A stretch of DNA of 64,000 nt from an uncultured Gammaproteobacteria bacterium. GTDB taxonomy: Bacteria > Pseudomonadota > Gammaproteobacteria > Pseudomonadales > UBA5518. Shown in pieces: positions 10,254 through 18,212 of the stretch. The notes below the pieces were generated by a model, which had not been told where the DNA came from, searched no databases, and saw only the letters and a list, made by a program, of their open reading frames with translations. The DNA is taken from NCBI GenBank assembly GCA_903928015.1, contig CAIYPF010000143.1:66980-130979 (forward strand), written 5' to 3'. The stretch's first letter is position 1. Each line of letters opens with the position of its first letter. A program made the translations under genes and the position numbers.

Positions 10254-10778
10254 TTACTTCACCACCACCCGCATCTGCCCGAGGAAATCGAGCTTGCCGA
10301 CGGAGAGCCCCTGCGCACGCAGGATGTCGTAGGCGGTCGTGGCGTGGAAGTGGAAATTGGGTTGCGAGAAAGACAGCAGGAAGTCCTCCGCGCGGAAATC
10401 GAGGCGGAAGTCGCCCACCTCGAAGCGCATCTGCTTGCCGATGAAGCGTTCCATTTCCGCCTCGGTGACGGTGAGCAGTGCTTCGCGCGCGCCCGAAATG
10501 CATTCGCGCAGCCCGGCGAAATCGGCCGGCGGCGCGCTGAAGTCCGGCGCAAACACCCCGGCGCGCACACCGGCGATGGCCTGCGCGGAATGCCACGCGC
10601 AGGAGGAAATCTGGTACGCGAAGGGCTGCATGTCGGGCGCCAGACGGGCACCTGTCAGCGCGTCCGGCGAGAGACCCTGTTGCTGGCAATGCGCCTCTGC
10701 CTTGTCGAGCAGAGCGGCAACGGATCCCAGGATCTGGAGTGCCGTCGGTATGGTGGCGGCATGAAGTGATATCGGCAT
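10254..10778 (-). CDS. DUF1993 family protein
   Basis: It starts MPISLHAATIPTALQILGSVAALLDKAEAH and ends PNFHFHATTAYDILRAQGLSVGKLDFLG, which matches the conserved DUF1993 signature. GGAG lies 8 nt upstream of ATG 10778. Confidence 0.8.
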   Translation of the reverse strand: MPISLHAATIPTALQILGSVAALLDKAEAHCQQQGLSPDALTGARLAPDMQPFAYQISSCAWHSAQAIAGVRAGVFAPDFSAPPADFAGLRECISGAREALLTVTEAEMERFIGKQMRFEVGDFRLDFRAEDFLLSFSQPNFHFHATTAYDILRAQGLSVGKLDFLGQMRVVVK

Positions 10779-10854
10779 GGTGTGATCTCCGCGGAGTGAT
10801 GGACGTGAGGGCATCACGGACGAAGCCGACAGCATAAACGAGATCCGCGTCGCG

Positions 10855-10941
10855 CCCGTGACGCTGCAACAGTTCCCGACCGAGGGCAGCCGCAGCCCCG
10901 AGGACCCCAGCTACGCCCTGTTCGCGGACGGGCGAGGCTGA
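10855..10941 (+). pseudogene. Relic 3' end of a paralogue of the 8010..8984 gene
   Basis: It translates to PVTLQQFPTEGSRSPEDPSYALFADGRG*. The end of the 8010..8984 product (nt 8898..8984) reads PVHLQQFVTEGSRDREDPSYALLAGRRV*. That is 20 of 28 residues identical, counted by hand. An in-frame stop at 10783 leaves no plausible start or N-terminal body. Confidence 0.6.
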
Positions 10942-10963
10942 GACCGACTGCCTGCGGGTCTCA
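10939..10963. terminator. Inverted repeat shared by the relic ORF stop and the convergent oxidoreductase stop
   Basis: The repeat is TGAGACC-N11-GGTCTCA. Each arm contains a stop codon of one of the convergent reading frames. There is no U-tract. Confidence 0.35.
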
Positions 10964-13900
10964 GGCCGCCTGTATCCGCACCGCCTGCGCCGGCGCATCA
11001 AGGCGCGCCAGCAGTTCCTCCTGCCGCGCCAGTGCGCGCTCGAGGTTGCGCTCCTTCACGTGACCGAAGCCGCGGACCATGAGCGGCAGCGCGGCGATTT
11101 CCACGACGCCGTCGAGGTTGGCCGCCGTGAGCCGTGACAGCAGGCGATCGAGCAGCGCTTCGTAATCCCCGATCAGACTCCGCTCCATGCGGCGCTCCGC
11201 CACGTAGCCGAAGGGATCGAAACGCGTCCCGCGCAGGAAACGCAGCCGTGCAAGAAGAGCAAAAGCCCGCATCATCCACGGACCGTACTCGCGCTTGCGA
11301 AGATGCCCCGTGACCGGATCACGCTCCGAAAAAAGCGGCGGCGCGAGGTGGAACTTCAGCGTGTAATCCCCTTCGAACTGCTGTTCCAGGGCACGCCGGA
11401 ACTCCCCGGAGGTGTAGAGCCGCGCGACCTCGTACTCGTCCTTGTAGCTCATCAGCTTGAAGAGCGAGCGCATCACTGCTTGCGTCAACGGCAGTTCAGC
11501 GTCATCGCCCGTGATCGCGGCTTCCGCACCGCGCACACGCGCCACCATGCCTGTGTAGCGCTCCGCCCAGGCGGGATCCTGATACTCGCGGAGGAAGCGC
11601 TCGCGATCAGCGATCTGTGCTTCCAGCGTGGGCTCGGGTGCTGGCTGTCCGCCGCCGATACCGGCAATCGCGCGCACCGCGGCCTCGTCGTGCGCGGCTC
11701 GGCGGCCCCAGAGGAACGCCTGCTGGTTGAAGCGCACCTGCACGGCATTGAGCTCGATGGCACGGGTGATGGCCTCTTCACCCACCGGCACCAGTCCGCG
11801 CTGGAAGGCAAAGCCCAGCAGGAACAGGTTGGCGGCGATGGCATCACCGAGCAGCGCGGTGGCGATGGACGTGGCGTCGACGAAGGTGGTCTTGCCGGCG
11901 CCAACCTCCTCGCGGATCTTGGTCTTCATGGCCTCGGTGGGAAACACAACGTCCGGATCACGCGTGAAGGCCGCGGTCGGCGCCTCGAAATCATTCACCA
12001 CCGCATGCGAGCGCGCATCGTGGAGCTTGGCGAGCGGGTCTTCGGCTGCGCTCACCACAAGATCACAGCCGAGCAGCAGATCGGCGTCGCCTGCGGCCAC
12101 GCGCACGGCGTGGATGTCCTCCTGTCTGGCGCCGATGCGGACATGGCTCACCACCGGGCCGAATTTCTGCGCGAGTCCGCTCAGGTTGAGCACCGTGCAA
12201 CCCTTGCCTTCAAGGTGCGCCGCCATGCCGAGGATCGCGCTCACCGTGAGCACACCGGTGCCACCGATACCGGTGATCACCGTGTTCCAGGGCGCGGCGA
12301 GCGAAGGCAGCGCGGGAGCCGGCAATTGCACGAAATCCGCAGCGCTGTCCGCTGCGCGGCTCTTACGCAGTTGCGCGTGCTCCACGGTCACGAAGCTGGG
12401 GCAAAAGCCCTTCAGGCAGCTGAAGTCCTTGTTGCAGGCGCTCTGGTCGATGGCGCGCTTGCGGCCGAATGGCGTTTCCTTCGGCAACACCGACAGGCAG
12501 TTCGACGCGACGCCGCAATCACCGCAGCCCTCGCAGACCAGTTCGTTGATGAAGACGCGACGGTCGGGATCGGGGAACTCGCCCTTCTTGCGGCGGCGGC
12601 GCTTTTCGGCAGCGCAGGTCTGGTCGTAGAGGATGAGCGTGCACCCGGACAACTCCCGGAACTCGCGCTGCACGGCCTCGAGTTCGTCGCGGTGATGGAT
12701 GCTGAGCCCATGGAAATGGCGCAGCTCGTGGGGGTATTTGTCGGGCTCGTCGCTCACCACTGCGATGCGGTAGACGCCCTCGCCGTGCACCTGCTCCACG
12801 ATCTGCGCCACAGAGAGCTGCCCGTCGATCGGCTGGCCGCCCGTCATCGCCACGGCGTCGTTGTAGAGCAGCTTGTAAGTGATGTTGACCTTCGAGGCGA
12901 CCGCCGCGCGGATGGCGAGCAGGCCGGAGTGGAAGTAGGTGCCGTCACCCAGGTTCTGGAAGACGTGCTTCGTGCTGGTGAATGGCGCCTGCCCGATCCA
13001 CGAGGCGCCCTCCCCGCCCATCTGCGTGAAGGTCTCGGTACGCCTGTCCATCCAGGTGACCATGTAGTGGCAGCCGATACCACCCAGCGCGCGACTGCCC
13101 TCGGGCACCACGGTGGAGGTGTTGTGAGGACAGCCCGAGCAGTAATGCGGCGTACGCTCGATGATCTCGCGGGGGGCCGCGAGTGATCGCTCCTTGCGGT
13201 CGAAAAAATCGAGGCGCTCCTGCATGTCCTCGGACTGGTAGTAGCGACGGATCCGGCTCGCAATCGCACGCGCGACCATCGCCGGCGTGAGTTCCGCTGT
13301 ATTGGGCAGCAGCGGCCGCCCTTCCTCGTCGAACTCGCCCACCACGCGCGGGCGGCGATCCACCGGCCAGTTGTAGAGCTGCCCGGTAAGCTGGTCCTCG
13401 ATGATGCTGCGCTTTTCCTCGACCACGAGGATCTCTTCCAGCCCCTCGGCAAAGGCGTGCGTACTCACGGGCTCGAGTGGCCAGGGCATACCGACCTTGA
13501 ACACGCGGATGCCGAGCTCTGCAGCACGGTTGCGGTCGATGCCGAGATCCTCGAGGCCCTGCAGCACATCGAGATAGGCCTTGCCCGTGCTGATGATGCC
13601 GAGTCGCGGACGGGGAGAGTCGATGGCCACGAAGTTGATGTTGTTCACCCGCGCGAACTCGCGCGCAGCGTAGATCTTGTAGTGGTTCAGGCGCTCTTCC
13701 TGCGCGAGCGGCTTGTCGGGCCAGCGCGCATGCACGCCGCCCGGTGGCAGCCGGAAATCCTCGGGCAGGCGCACGATCACCCGCGAGGGGTCGATGTCCA
13801 CCGAGGCAGAGGCATCGCAGTTCTCGGTGATGACCTTGAAGCCCACCCAGCAGCCGCTGTAACGCGAGAGCTCCCAGCCGAGCAGGCCAAGATCGAGAAT

Positions 13901-14434
13901 CTCCTGCACATTCGCGGGATTCAGGACCGGCGCGGATGCGCCCATGAAGGCGTGCTCGCACTGGTGCGGCAGCGTGGAGGACTTGCAGGCGTGGTCGTCG
14001 CCCACCACCGCCAGCACGCCGCCGAACTTCGATGTGCCTACCGCGTTCGCGTGCTTGAGCACGTCCATGCTGCGATCGAGGCCCGGCCCCTTGCCATACC
14101 ACATGCCGTAGACGCCATCGACACGCGCGCCAGGGAAGAGCGTGACCTCCTGCGTGCCGCGCACGGCGGTCATCGCGAGGTCCTCGTTCACACCCGGGCG
14201 GAAAACAACGTTGTGCGCGTCCAGATGCCCCCTCGCCTTCCACAGCGCCTGATCGAGTCCGCCGAGCGGCGAGCCGCGATAGCCCGAGACGAATCCCGCC
14301 GTATTGAGCCCCGCTGCACGGTCGCGCTCCTGCTGGAGCATCAGCAGGCGCACAAGCGCCTCGATGCCGCTCATGTAGGCACGACCGGACTGGAGTGTGT
14401 ATTTATCGTCGAGGCTCACCTCGTTCTGACGCAT
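10961..14434 (-). CDS. Indolepyruvate ferredoxin oxidoreductase family protein (fused alpha/beta 2-oxoacid:ferredoxin oxidoreductase)
   Basis: The start MRQNEVSLDDKYTLQSGRAYMSGIEALVRLLMLQ is typical of the family, and GGAG lies about 10 nt upstream of ATG 14434. It carries GYRGSPLGG, CSGCPHN and the ferredoxin-like CEGCGDCGVASNC motifs. The length computed from coordinates is about 1157 aa. The track ORF extends an artefactual 474 codons further. Confidence 0.9.
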   Translation of the reverse strand: MRQNEVSLDDKYTLQSGRAYMSGIEALVRLLMLQQERDRAAGLNTAGFVSGYRGSPLGGLDQALWKARGHLDAHNVVFRPGVNEDLAMTAVRGTQEVTLFPGARVDGVYGMWYGKGPGLDRSMDVLKHANAVGTSKFGGVLAVVGDDHACKSSTLPHQCEHAFMGASAPVLNPANVQEILDLGLLGWELSRYSGCWVGFKVITENCDASASVDIDPSRVIVRLPEDFRLPPGGVHARWPDKPLAQEERLNHYKIYAAREFARVNNINFVAIDSPRPRLGIISTGKAYLDVLQGLEDLGIDRNRAAELGIRVFKVGMPWPLEPVSTHAFAEGLEEILVVEEKRSIIEDQLTGQLYNWPVDRRPRVVGEFDEEGRPLLPNTAELTPAMVARAIASRIRRYYQSEDMQERLDFFDRKERSLAAPREIIERTPHYCSGCPHNTSTVVPEGSRALGGIGCHYMVTWMDRRTETFTQMGGEGASWIGQAPFTSTKHVFQNLGDGTYFHSGLLAIRAAVASKVNITYKLLYNDAVAMTGGQPIDGQLSVAQIVEQVHGEGVYRIAVVSDEPDKYPHELRHFHGLSIHHRDELEAVQREFRELSGCTLILYDQTCAAEKRRRRKKGEFPDPDRRVFINELVCEGCGDCGVASNCLSVLPKETPFGRKRAIDQSACNKDFSCLKGFCPSFVTVEHAQLRKSRAADSAADFVQLPAPALPSLAAPWNTVITGIGGTGVLTVSAILGMAAHLEGKGCTVLNLSGLAQKFGPVVSHVRIGARQEDIHAVRVAAGDADLLLGCDLVVSAAEDPLAKLHDARSHAVVNDFEAPTAAFTRDPDVVFPTEAMKTKIREEVGAGKTTFVDATSIATALLGDAIAANLFLLGFAFQRGLVPVGEEAITRAIELNAVQVRFNQQAFLWGRRAAHDEAAVRAIAGIGGGQPAPEPTLEAQIADRERFLREYQDPAWAERYTGMVARVRGAEAAITGDDAELPLTQAVMRSLFKLMSYKDEYEVARLYTSGEFRRALEQQFEGDYTLKFHLAPPLFSERDPVTGHLRKREYGPWMMRAFALLARLRFLRGTRFDPFGYVAERRMERSLIGDYEALLDRLLSRLTAANLDGVVEIAALPLMVRGFGHVKERNLERALARQEELLARLDAPAQAVRIQAA

Positions 14435-14612
14435 ATGACGCTCGCTCCACGGCTGGCTTGCGGATTCTGGCTGCCGGCAAGAGTCTAGGCTCGGGCCTGG
14501 GCAACAACCTTGTCTTTTTTCTTGCACCCGATTTGTTGCATGAGAAATCACGCCCCTTCCACTCGGGTGATGGCTGGCGCTAGAGTGTCGTGGGCTTCCC
14601 GAATGGCAGGCA

Positions 14613-14915
14613 ATGCAGTCATCACTCCGGATCGACACGCCGCTTCGCATCGCCGCCGTTCTGGCGCTGGTGCTGCTGCTGATCGACTTCTCGGCACGGG
14701 CGGCCCTTGACCAGCACGAGTTCGGCGCGCCTGCGGGCCACAGCCTGTGTGCGATCTGCGTGTACACCGGCGGCTCCGCGGGTCTCCCCGAAAGCGACTG
14801 GGTGCCCGCCCTGCCCCCGCAACGCCATGAAGCTCCGAGCGCCGCGCTCGCCTCCCACGCCCCAGCCTCTGCACGCTTCGGCGTCCGGATCCGCGCCCCC
14901 CCTGCCAGTTCCTGA
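14613..14915 (+). CDS. Possible small membrane-anchored Cys/His protein (DUF2946-like?)
   Basis: It has an N-terminal hydrophobic segment (LRIAAVLALVLLLIDF), then the motif H-SL-C-AI-C, and a C-terminal ..RIRAPP tail. These features recall DUF2946 proteins, which accompany outer-membrane metal receptors. The RBS is weak and the sequence is low-complexity, so coding status is uncertain. Confidence 0.35.
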   Translation: MQSSLRIDTPLRIAAVLALVLLLIDFSARAALDQHEFGAPAGHSLCAICVYTGGSAGLPESDWVPALPPQRHEAPSAALASHAPASARFGVRIRAPPASS

Positions 14916-15019
14916 TCCCTGACTCCGGCCTGCCAACGCCGCAGGCCACAGCACCACCGCATCCCGTGCGCAATCGTCGTGCGCTGCGGTCGACCCGGAA
15001 CCGTAAGGAGCAACAGCCC

Positions 15020-16444
15020 ATGAGCCGCGAGATACCCCATCTTGCACACGCCGCATTTGCGGCCGCGCTGGCCATCACGAACATGCCAGCGCTCGCCGCC
15101 AACACCGAAGCCGAACAACTCCGCGAGGAACTGCGCCAGACCCGCGAAAGCCTTGAGTCCCGCATAGCCGCACTGGAGGCGCGACTGGCCGCCACGCAAG
15201 CGCCAGCCGCAAAAGCACCGGTCGTCGAACGGCTCGACCAGTTCGAAAATCGCCTGAGCGCGGTCGAATCGATGCCACCACCCGAAGCTCCCCCGCAACC
15301 GGCCTCTGCGATGAACCCGCAGATGTCCCTGATCCTCGGGGGCACTTGGGCGAGGCTCTCGGAGAATCCCGACGATTACCTCTTGCAGGGCTTCGTGCCG
15401 GCTGGTGAAGAAGCCGGGCCGGGAGCACGGGGTTTCAGTCTGGGCGAGAGCGAGATGACACTCTCGGCCAACGTGGATCCCCTTTTCTACGGCCAGGCAA
15501 CCTTTGGCATATCTGCTGAAAACGACATCGAGGTCGAGGAGGCTTTCGTCAGGAGCTCCCTGCCAGAGGGTTTCACCTCGCGCGTCGGGCGCTTTTTCTC
15601 CGGCATCGGCTATCTGAACCAGCAGCATGCCCATGGCTGGGATTTCGTCGACGCACCGCTGGTCTACACGGCGATGTTCGGTGGCCAATACAAGAACGAA
15701 GGAGCCGAACTGCGCTGGCTCGCGCCGCTCGACACATTCCTTGAACTGGGCGCTGAACTCGGCAATGGCCGCGGTTTCCCCGGAGCGGATACCGGCAACG
15801 GCATCGGTGCCTGGACGCTCTTCGCCTCCGCCGGAGGCGATGTGGGTGAGAGCCACTCATGGAAGGCGGGCATGGCCTGGCTGCACGCAGATGCCACCGC
15901 GCGCAGCTACGAAGAACCTGATCTGCTGCTTGAGGACGTGTCCAACAGCACCGCCTTCAGTGGCGACTCGGATACCTGGAGCGTGCAGGGAGTGTGGAAG
16001 TGGGCCCCGGAGGGCAACAGCCACGAACGCAATCTCAAGCTGCAGGGCGAGTACTTCGGTCGCAAGGAATCAGGTGATCTCGTGCAGTCGAACGCCTCGC
16101 GCGGCGAGGGCCTGATGGACTACCGCTCCACGCCTTCGGGCTGGTATCTGCAGGGCGTCTACCAGTTCATGCCCGCCTGGCGGCTTGGCCTGCGCTACGA
16201 CAGCCTGGACTCCGGCAACAGCCGGCTCAGCTCGCAAGACGGCGTGCTGCGTCCTGCGGCATTCCCCACGCTGGCAGCGGCAGACCCTGATCGCTCGAGC
16301 ATCATGCTCGACTGGTCACCGACCGAATTCAGCCGCCTGCGGCTGCAGTTCGCGCGCGACGCAAGCCGCGAAGGACAAGACGACGACCAGATCTACCTGC
16401 AATACATCATGAGCCTCGGCGCCCACGGCGCCCACCAGTTCTGA
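15020..16444 (+). CDS. Outer-membrane beta-barrel protein with N-terminal coiled coil (porin-like, metal-cluster associated)
   Basis: AAGGAG lies 8 nt upstream of ATG 15020. It has a signal peptide (AAFAAALAITNMPALA) and a heptad-like segment (EAEQLREELRQTRESLESRIAALEARLAATQ). Alternating beta-strand-like sequence follows, ending in an aromatic terminal residue (..HGAHQF). Confidence 0.6.
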   Translation: MSREIPHLAHAAFAAALAITNMPALAANTEAEQLREELRQTRESLESRIAALEARLAATQAPAAKAPVVERLDQFENRLSAVESMPPPEAPPQPASAMNPQMSLILGGTWARLSENPDDYLLQGFVPAGEEAGPGARGFSLGESEMTLSANVDPLFYGQATFGISAENDIEVEEAFVRSSLPEGFTSRVGRFFSGIGYLNQQHAHGWDFVDAPLVYTAMFGGQYKNEGAELRWLAPLDTFLELGAELGNGRGFPGADTGNGIGAWTLFASAGGDVGESHSWKAGMAWLHADATARSYEEPDLLLEDVSNSTAFSGDSDTWSVQGVWKWAPEGNSHERNLKLQGEYFGRKESGDLVQSNASRGEGLMDYRSTPSGWYLQGVYQFMPAWRLGLRYDSLDSGNSRLSSQDGVLRPAAFPTLAAADPDRSSIMLDWSPTEFSRLRLQFARDASREGQDDDQIYLQYIMSLGAHGAHQF

Positions 16445-16454
16445 GGAACACCAC

Positions 16455-17366
16455 ATGAAACGACTACACAGGATTTTTCTTGCCGGCACGCTCCTGCTGG
16501 GCGCCGCAGCCGCACCTGCCCGGGCCGAACTCAAGGTGCTGGCCTGCGAGGCCGAGTGGGCTGCACTGGCAACCGCAATTGGCGGGGACGCGGTGGACGC
16601 GTCAAGCGCCACCACCGGCAAGCAGGACCCGCACCGCATCGAGGCACGCCCGAGCCTGATCGCCAAGGTGCGCAACGCTGATCTGCTTGTCTGCACCGGA
16701 CTCGATCTGGAAGCAGGCTGGCTTCCCGTACTGCTGCAGCAGTCGGGAAACCGCGCCATACAACCGGGACAGCCCGGGCATTTCCTGGCAGGCACCCTCG
16801 TGAAAAGGCTCGATCTCCCGAGCAGCCTCGATCGCTCGCAGGGCGACCTGCACGGCGGCGGAAACCCGCACATCCAGCTGGACCCCCACAACATCGCCAC
16901 CGTGGCAAAAGCGCTGGCTGCACGGCTGGCGGAACTCGATGGCGCACACGCAGCCGACTACAACACCAGACTCGCGGCATTCCTCGAACGCTGGAACGCC
17001 GCCATCGTGCGCTGGGAGGCCTCGGCTGCCCCCCTGCGCGGCGCCACGGTGGTCACCCACCACCGGGATATGGTCTATCTCACGCAATGGCTGGGGATGC
17101 GCGAGTTGGGCACCCTGGAGCCAAAGCCGGGGCTGGAGCCCACCAGTGGCCACCTCGCCGAGCTGGTGACGCAACTGGCCCAAGAGCACGCACGGATGGT
17201 GCTGCGCACGCCCTACCAGGCAGAGCGGGCCTCGAGCTGGCTGGCTGACCGGGTCTCGATACCGGCGGTGATGATCCCGAACACCGTGGGAGGATCGGAG
17301 GAAGCGACAGACCTGTTCAGCCTCTTCGACGACATCATCGCGCGGCTCACGAGGGCTCTGGCATGA
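16455..17366 (+). CDS. Metal ABC transporter substrate-binding protein (ZnuA/TroA cluster-9 family)
   Basis: It has a signal peptide. The candidate metal-ligand motifs QDPHRIEARPS, GGGNPHIQLDP and VVTHHRDMVYL sit at the positions expected for ZnuA-type His ligands. Confidence 0.85.
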   Translation: MKRLHRIFLAGTLLLGAAAAPARAELKVLACEAEWAALATAIGGDAVDASSATTGKQDPHRIEARPSLIAKVRNADLLVCTGLDLEAGWLPVLLQQSGNRAIQPGQPGHFLAGTLVKRLDLPSSLDRSQGDLHGGGNPHIQLDPHNIATVAKALAARLAELDGAHAADYNTRLAAFLERWNAAIVRWEASAAPLRGATVVTHHRDMVYLTQWLGMRELGTLEPKPGLEPTSGHLAELVTQLAQEHARMVLRTPYQAERASSWLADRVSIPAVMIPNTVGGSEEATDLFSLFDDIIARLTRALA

Positions 17367-18127
17367 CGGATTGGTCGACCACACTTTCAATCGTCGCCCC
17401 GGCCTTCCTGGCCGGTGTGCTCGTATTGCTCACGCACGTGCCGATGGGGATGCACATCCTGCGGCGGGGGATCGTGTTCATCGACCTCGCCCTCGCGCAG
17501 ATCGCCGCGCTCGGCGTGATCGTGGCCGGGCTCTCCGGCCTGGATCCCCAAGGGCTGGGCACACAGCTCGCGGCGGCGGGCGCGGCATTGGCGGGCGCGG
17601 CGCTGCTCACCTGGACCGAGTCGCGCTGGCCCGAGGTGCAGGAGGCCCAGATCGGCGTGCTCTTCGTGCTCGCGGCCACCGGTGGACTGTTGCTGCTCGC
17701 CCATGATCCCCACGGCGGGGAAAGCCTGCGCGATCTTCTGGCCGGCCAGATCCTCTGGGTGCGATACGAGCAACTACTGGTGCCGGCGGTTGGCAGCGTG
17801 GCGATCTGTGCTCTTCTTGCGGCGCGGCCCGGAGGCCTTCCTTCCTGGCTGTTCTACGTGGTGTTCGCGCTCGCCGTGACGGCCTCGGTGCAACTGGTAG
17901 GTGTGTATCTGGTGTTCGCCAGCCTGATCGTCCCTGGCCTCGCGACGCGGCGCTACGATCGCGGCAGACTGGCCGTTGCCTATGGCGTCGGGGTTGCGGG
18001 CTATGCGGGCGGGCTGCTGGCATCCACGCTCTTCGACCTGCCCTCAGGCGCAGTGGTCGTCTGGAGCATGGCGGCCTGCGCTATTGCTGCTTTCTGGCTC
18101 GGGCCGAAGGTAGCCCAGGGGCACTGA
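17363..18127 (+). CDS. Metal ABC transporter permease (ABC-3 / ZnuB-like)
   Basis: ATGA overlaps the SBP gene's stop codon. The product is about 254 aa, highly hydrophobic with multiple TM segments, and resembles ZnuB/TroC-type sequence. Confidence 0.85.
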   Translation: MTDWSTTLSIVAPAFLAGVLVLLTHVPMGMHILRRGIVFIDLALAQIAALGVIVAGLSGLDPQGLGTQLAAAGAALAGAALLTWTESRWPEVQEAQIGVLFVLAATGGLLLLAHDPHGGESLRDLLAGQILWVRYEQLLVPAVGSVAICALLAARPGGLPSWLFYVVFALAVTASVQLVGVYLVFASLIVPGLATRRYDRGRLAVAYGVGVAGYAGGLLASTLFDLPSGAVVVWSMAACAIAAFWLGPKVAQGH

Positions 18128-18152
18128 AGGGCACGTCGGCCAACATCTCCCG

Positions 18153-18188
18153 AAAAAAAAGGCGGGGCCCCGGGGCTCCGCCTTTTTT
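18153..18188. terminator. Bidirectional intrinsic terminator
   Basis: The structure is A8-GGCGGGGCC-CCGG-GGCTCCGCC-T6. It lies between the convergent permease and chemoreceptor genes. Confidence 0.7.
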
Positions 18189-18212
18189 GTGCCTGGGCAA
18201 ACTGCGCCAGAC

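Noticed and set aside
10234-11001. The upstream 256 codons of track ORF 9313..11001 (-).
   Set aside because: The region is Arg/Pro-rich junk in a different frame over the DUF1993 gene. The membrane protein has a clean start with an SD at 10233.
14505-14550. A repeated TTGCA element (CTTGCACCCGATTTGTTGCATG) considered as a sigma-54 promoter or a Zur/Fur box upstream of the metal cluster.
   Set aside because: It lacks the GG of the -24 element and has the wrong spacing for sigma-54. It is not palindromic like Zur or Fur boxes. No call is made.
14435-15856. A 474-codon 5' extension of the oxidoreductase ORF (track 10961..15856).
   Set aside because: The extension has no family resemblance. 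It overlaps the outer-membrane barrel gene on the other strand. The conserved family N-terminus begins at ATG 14434, which has a good SD.
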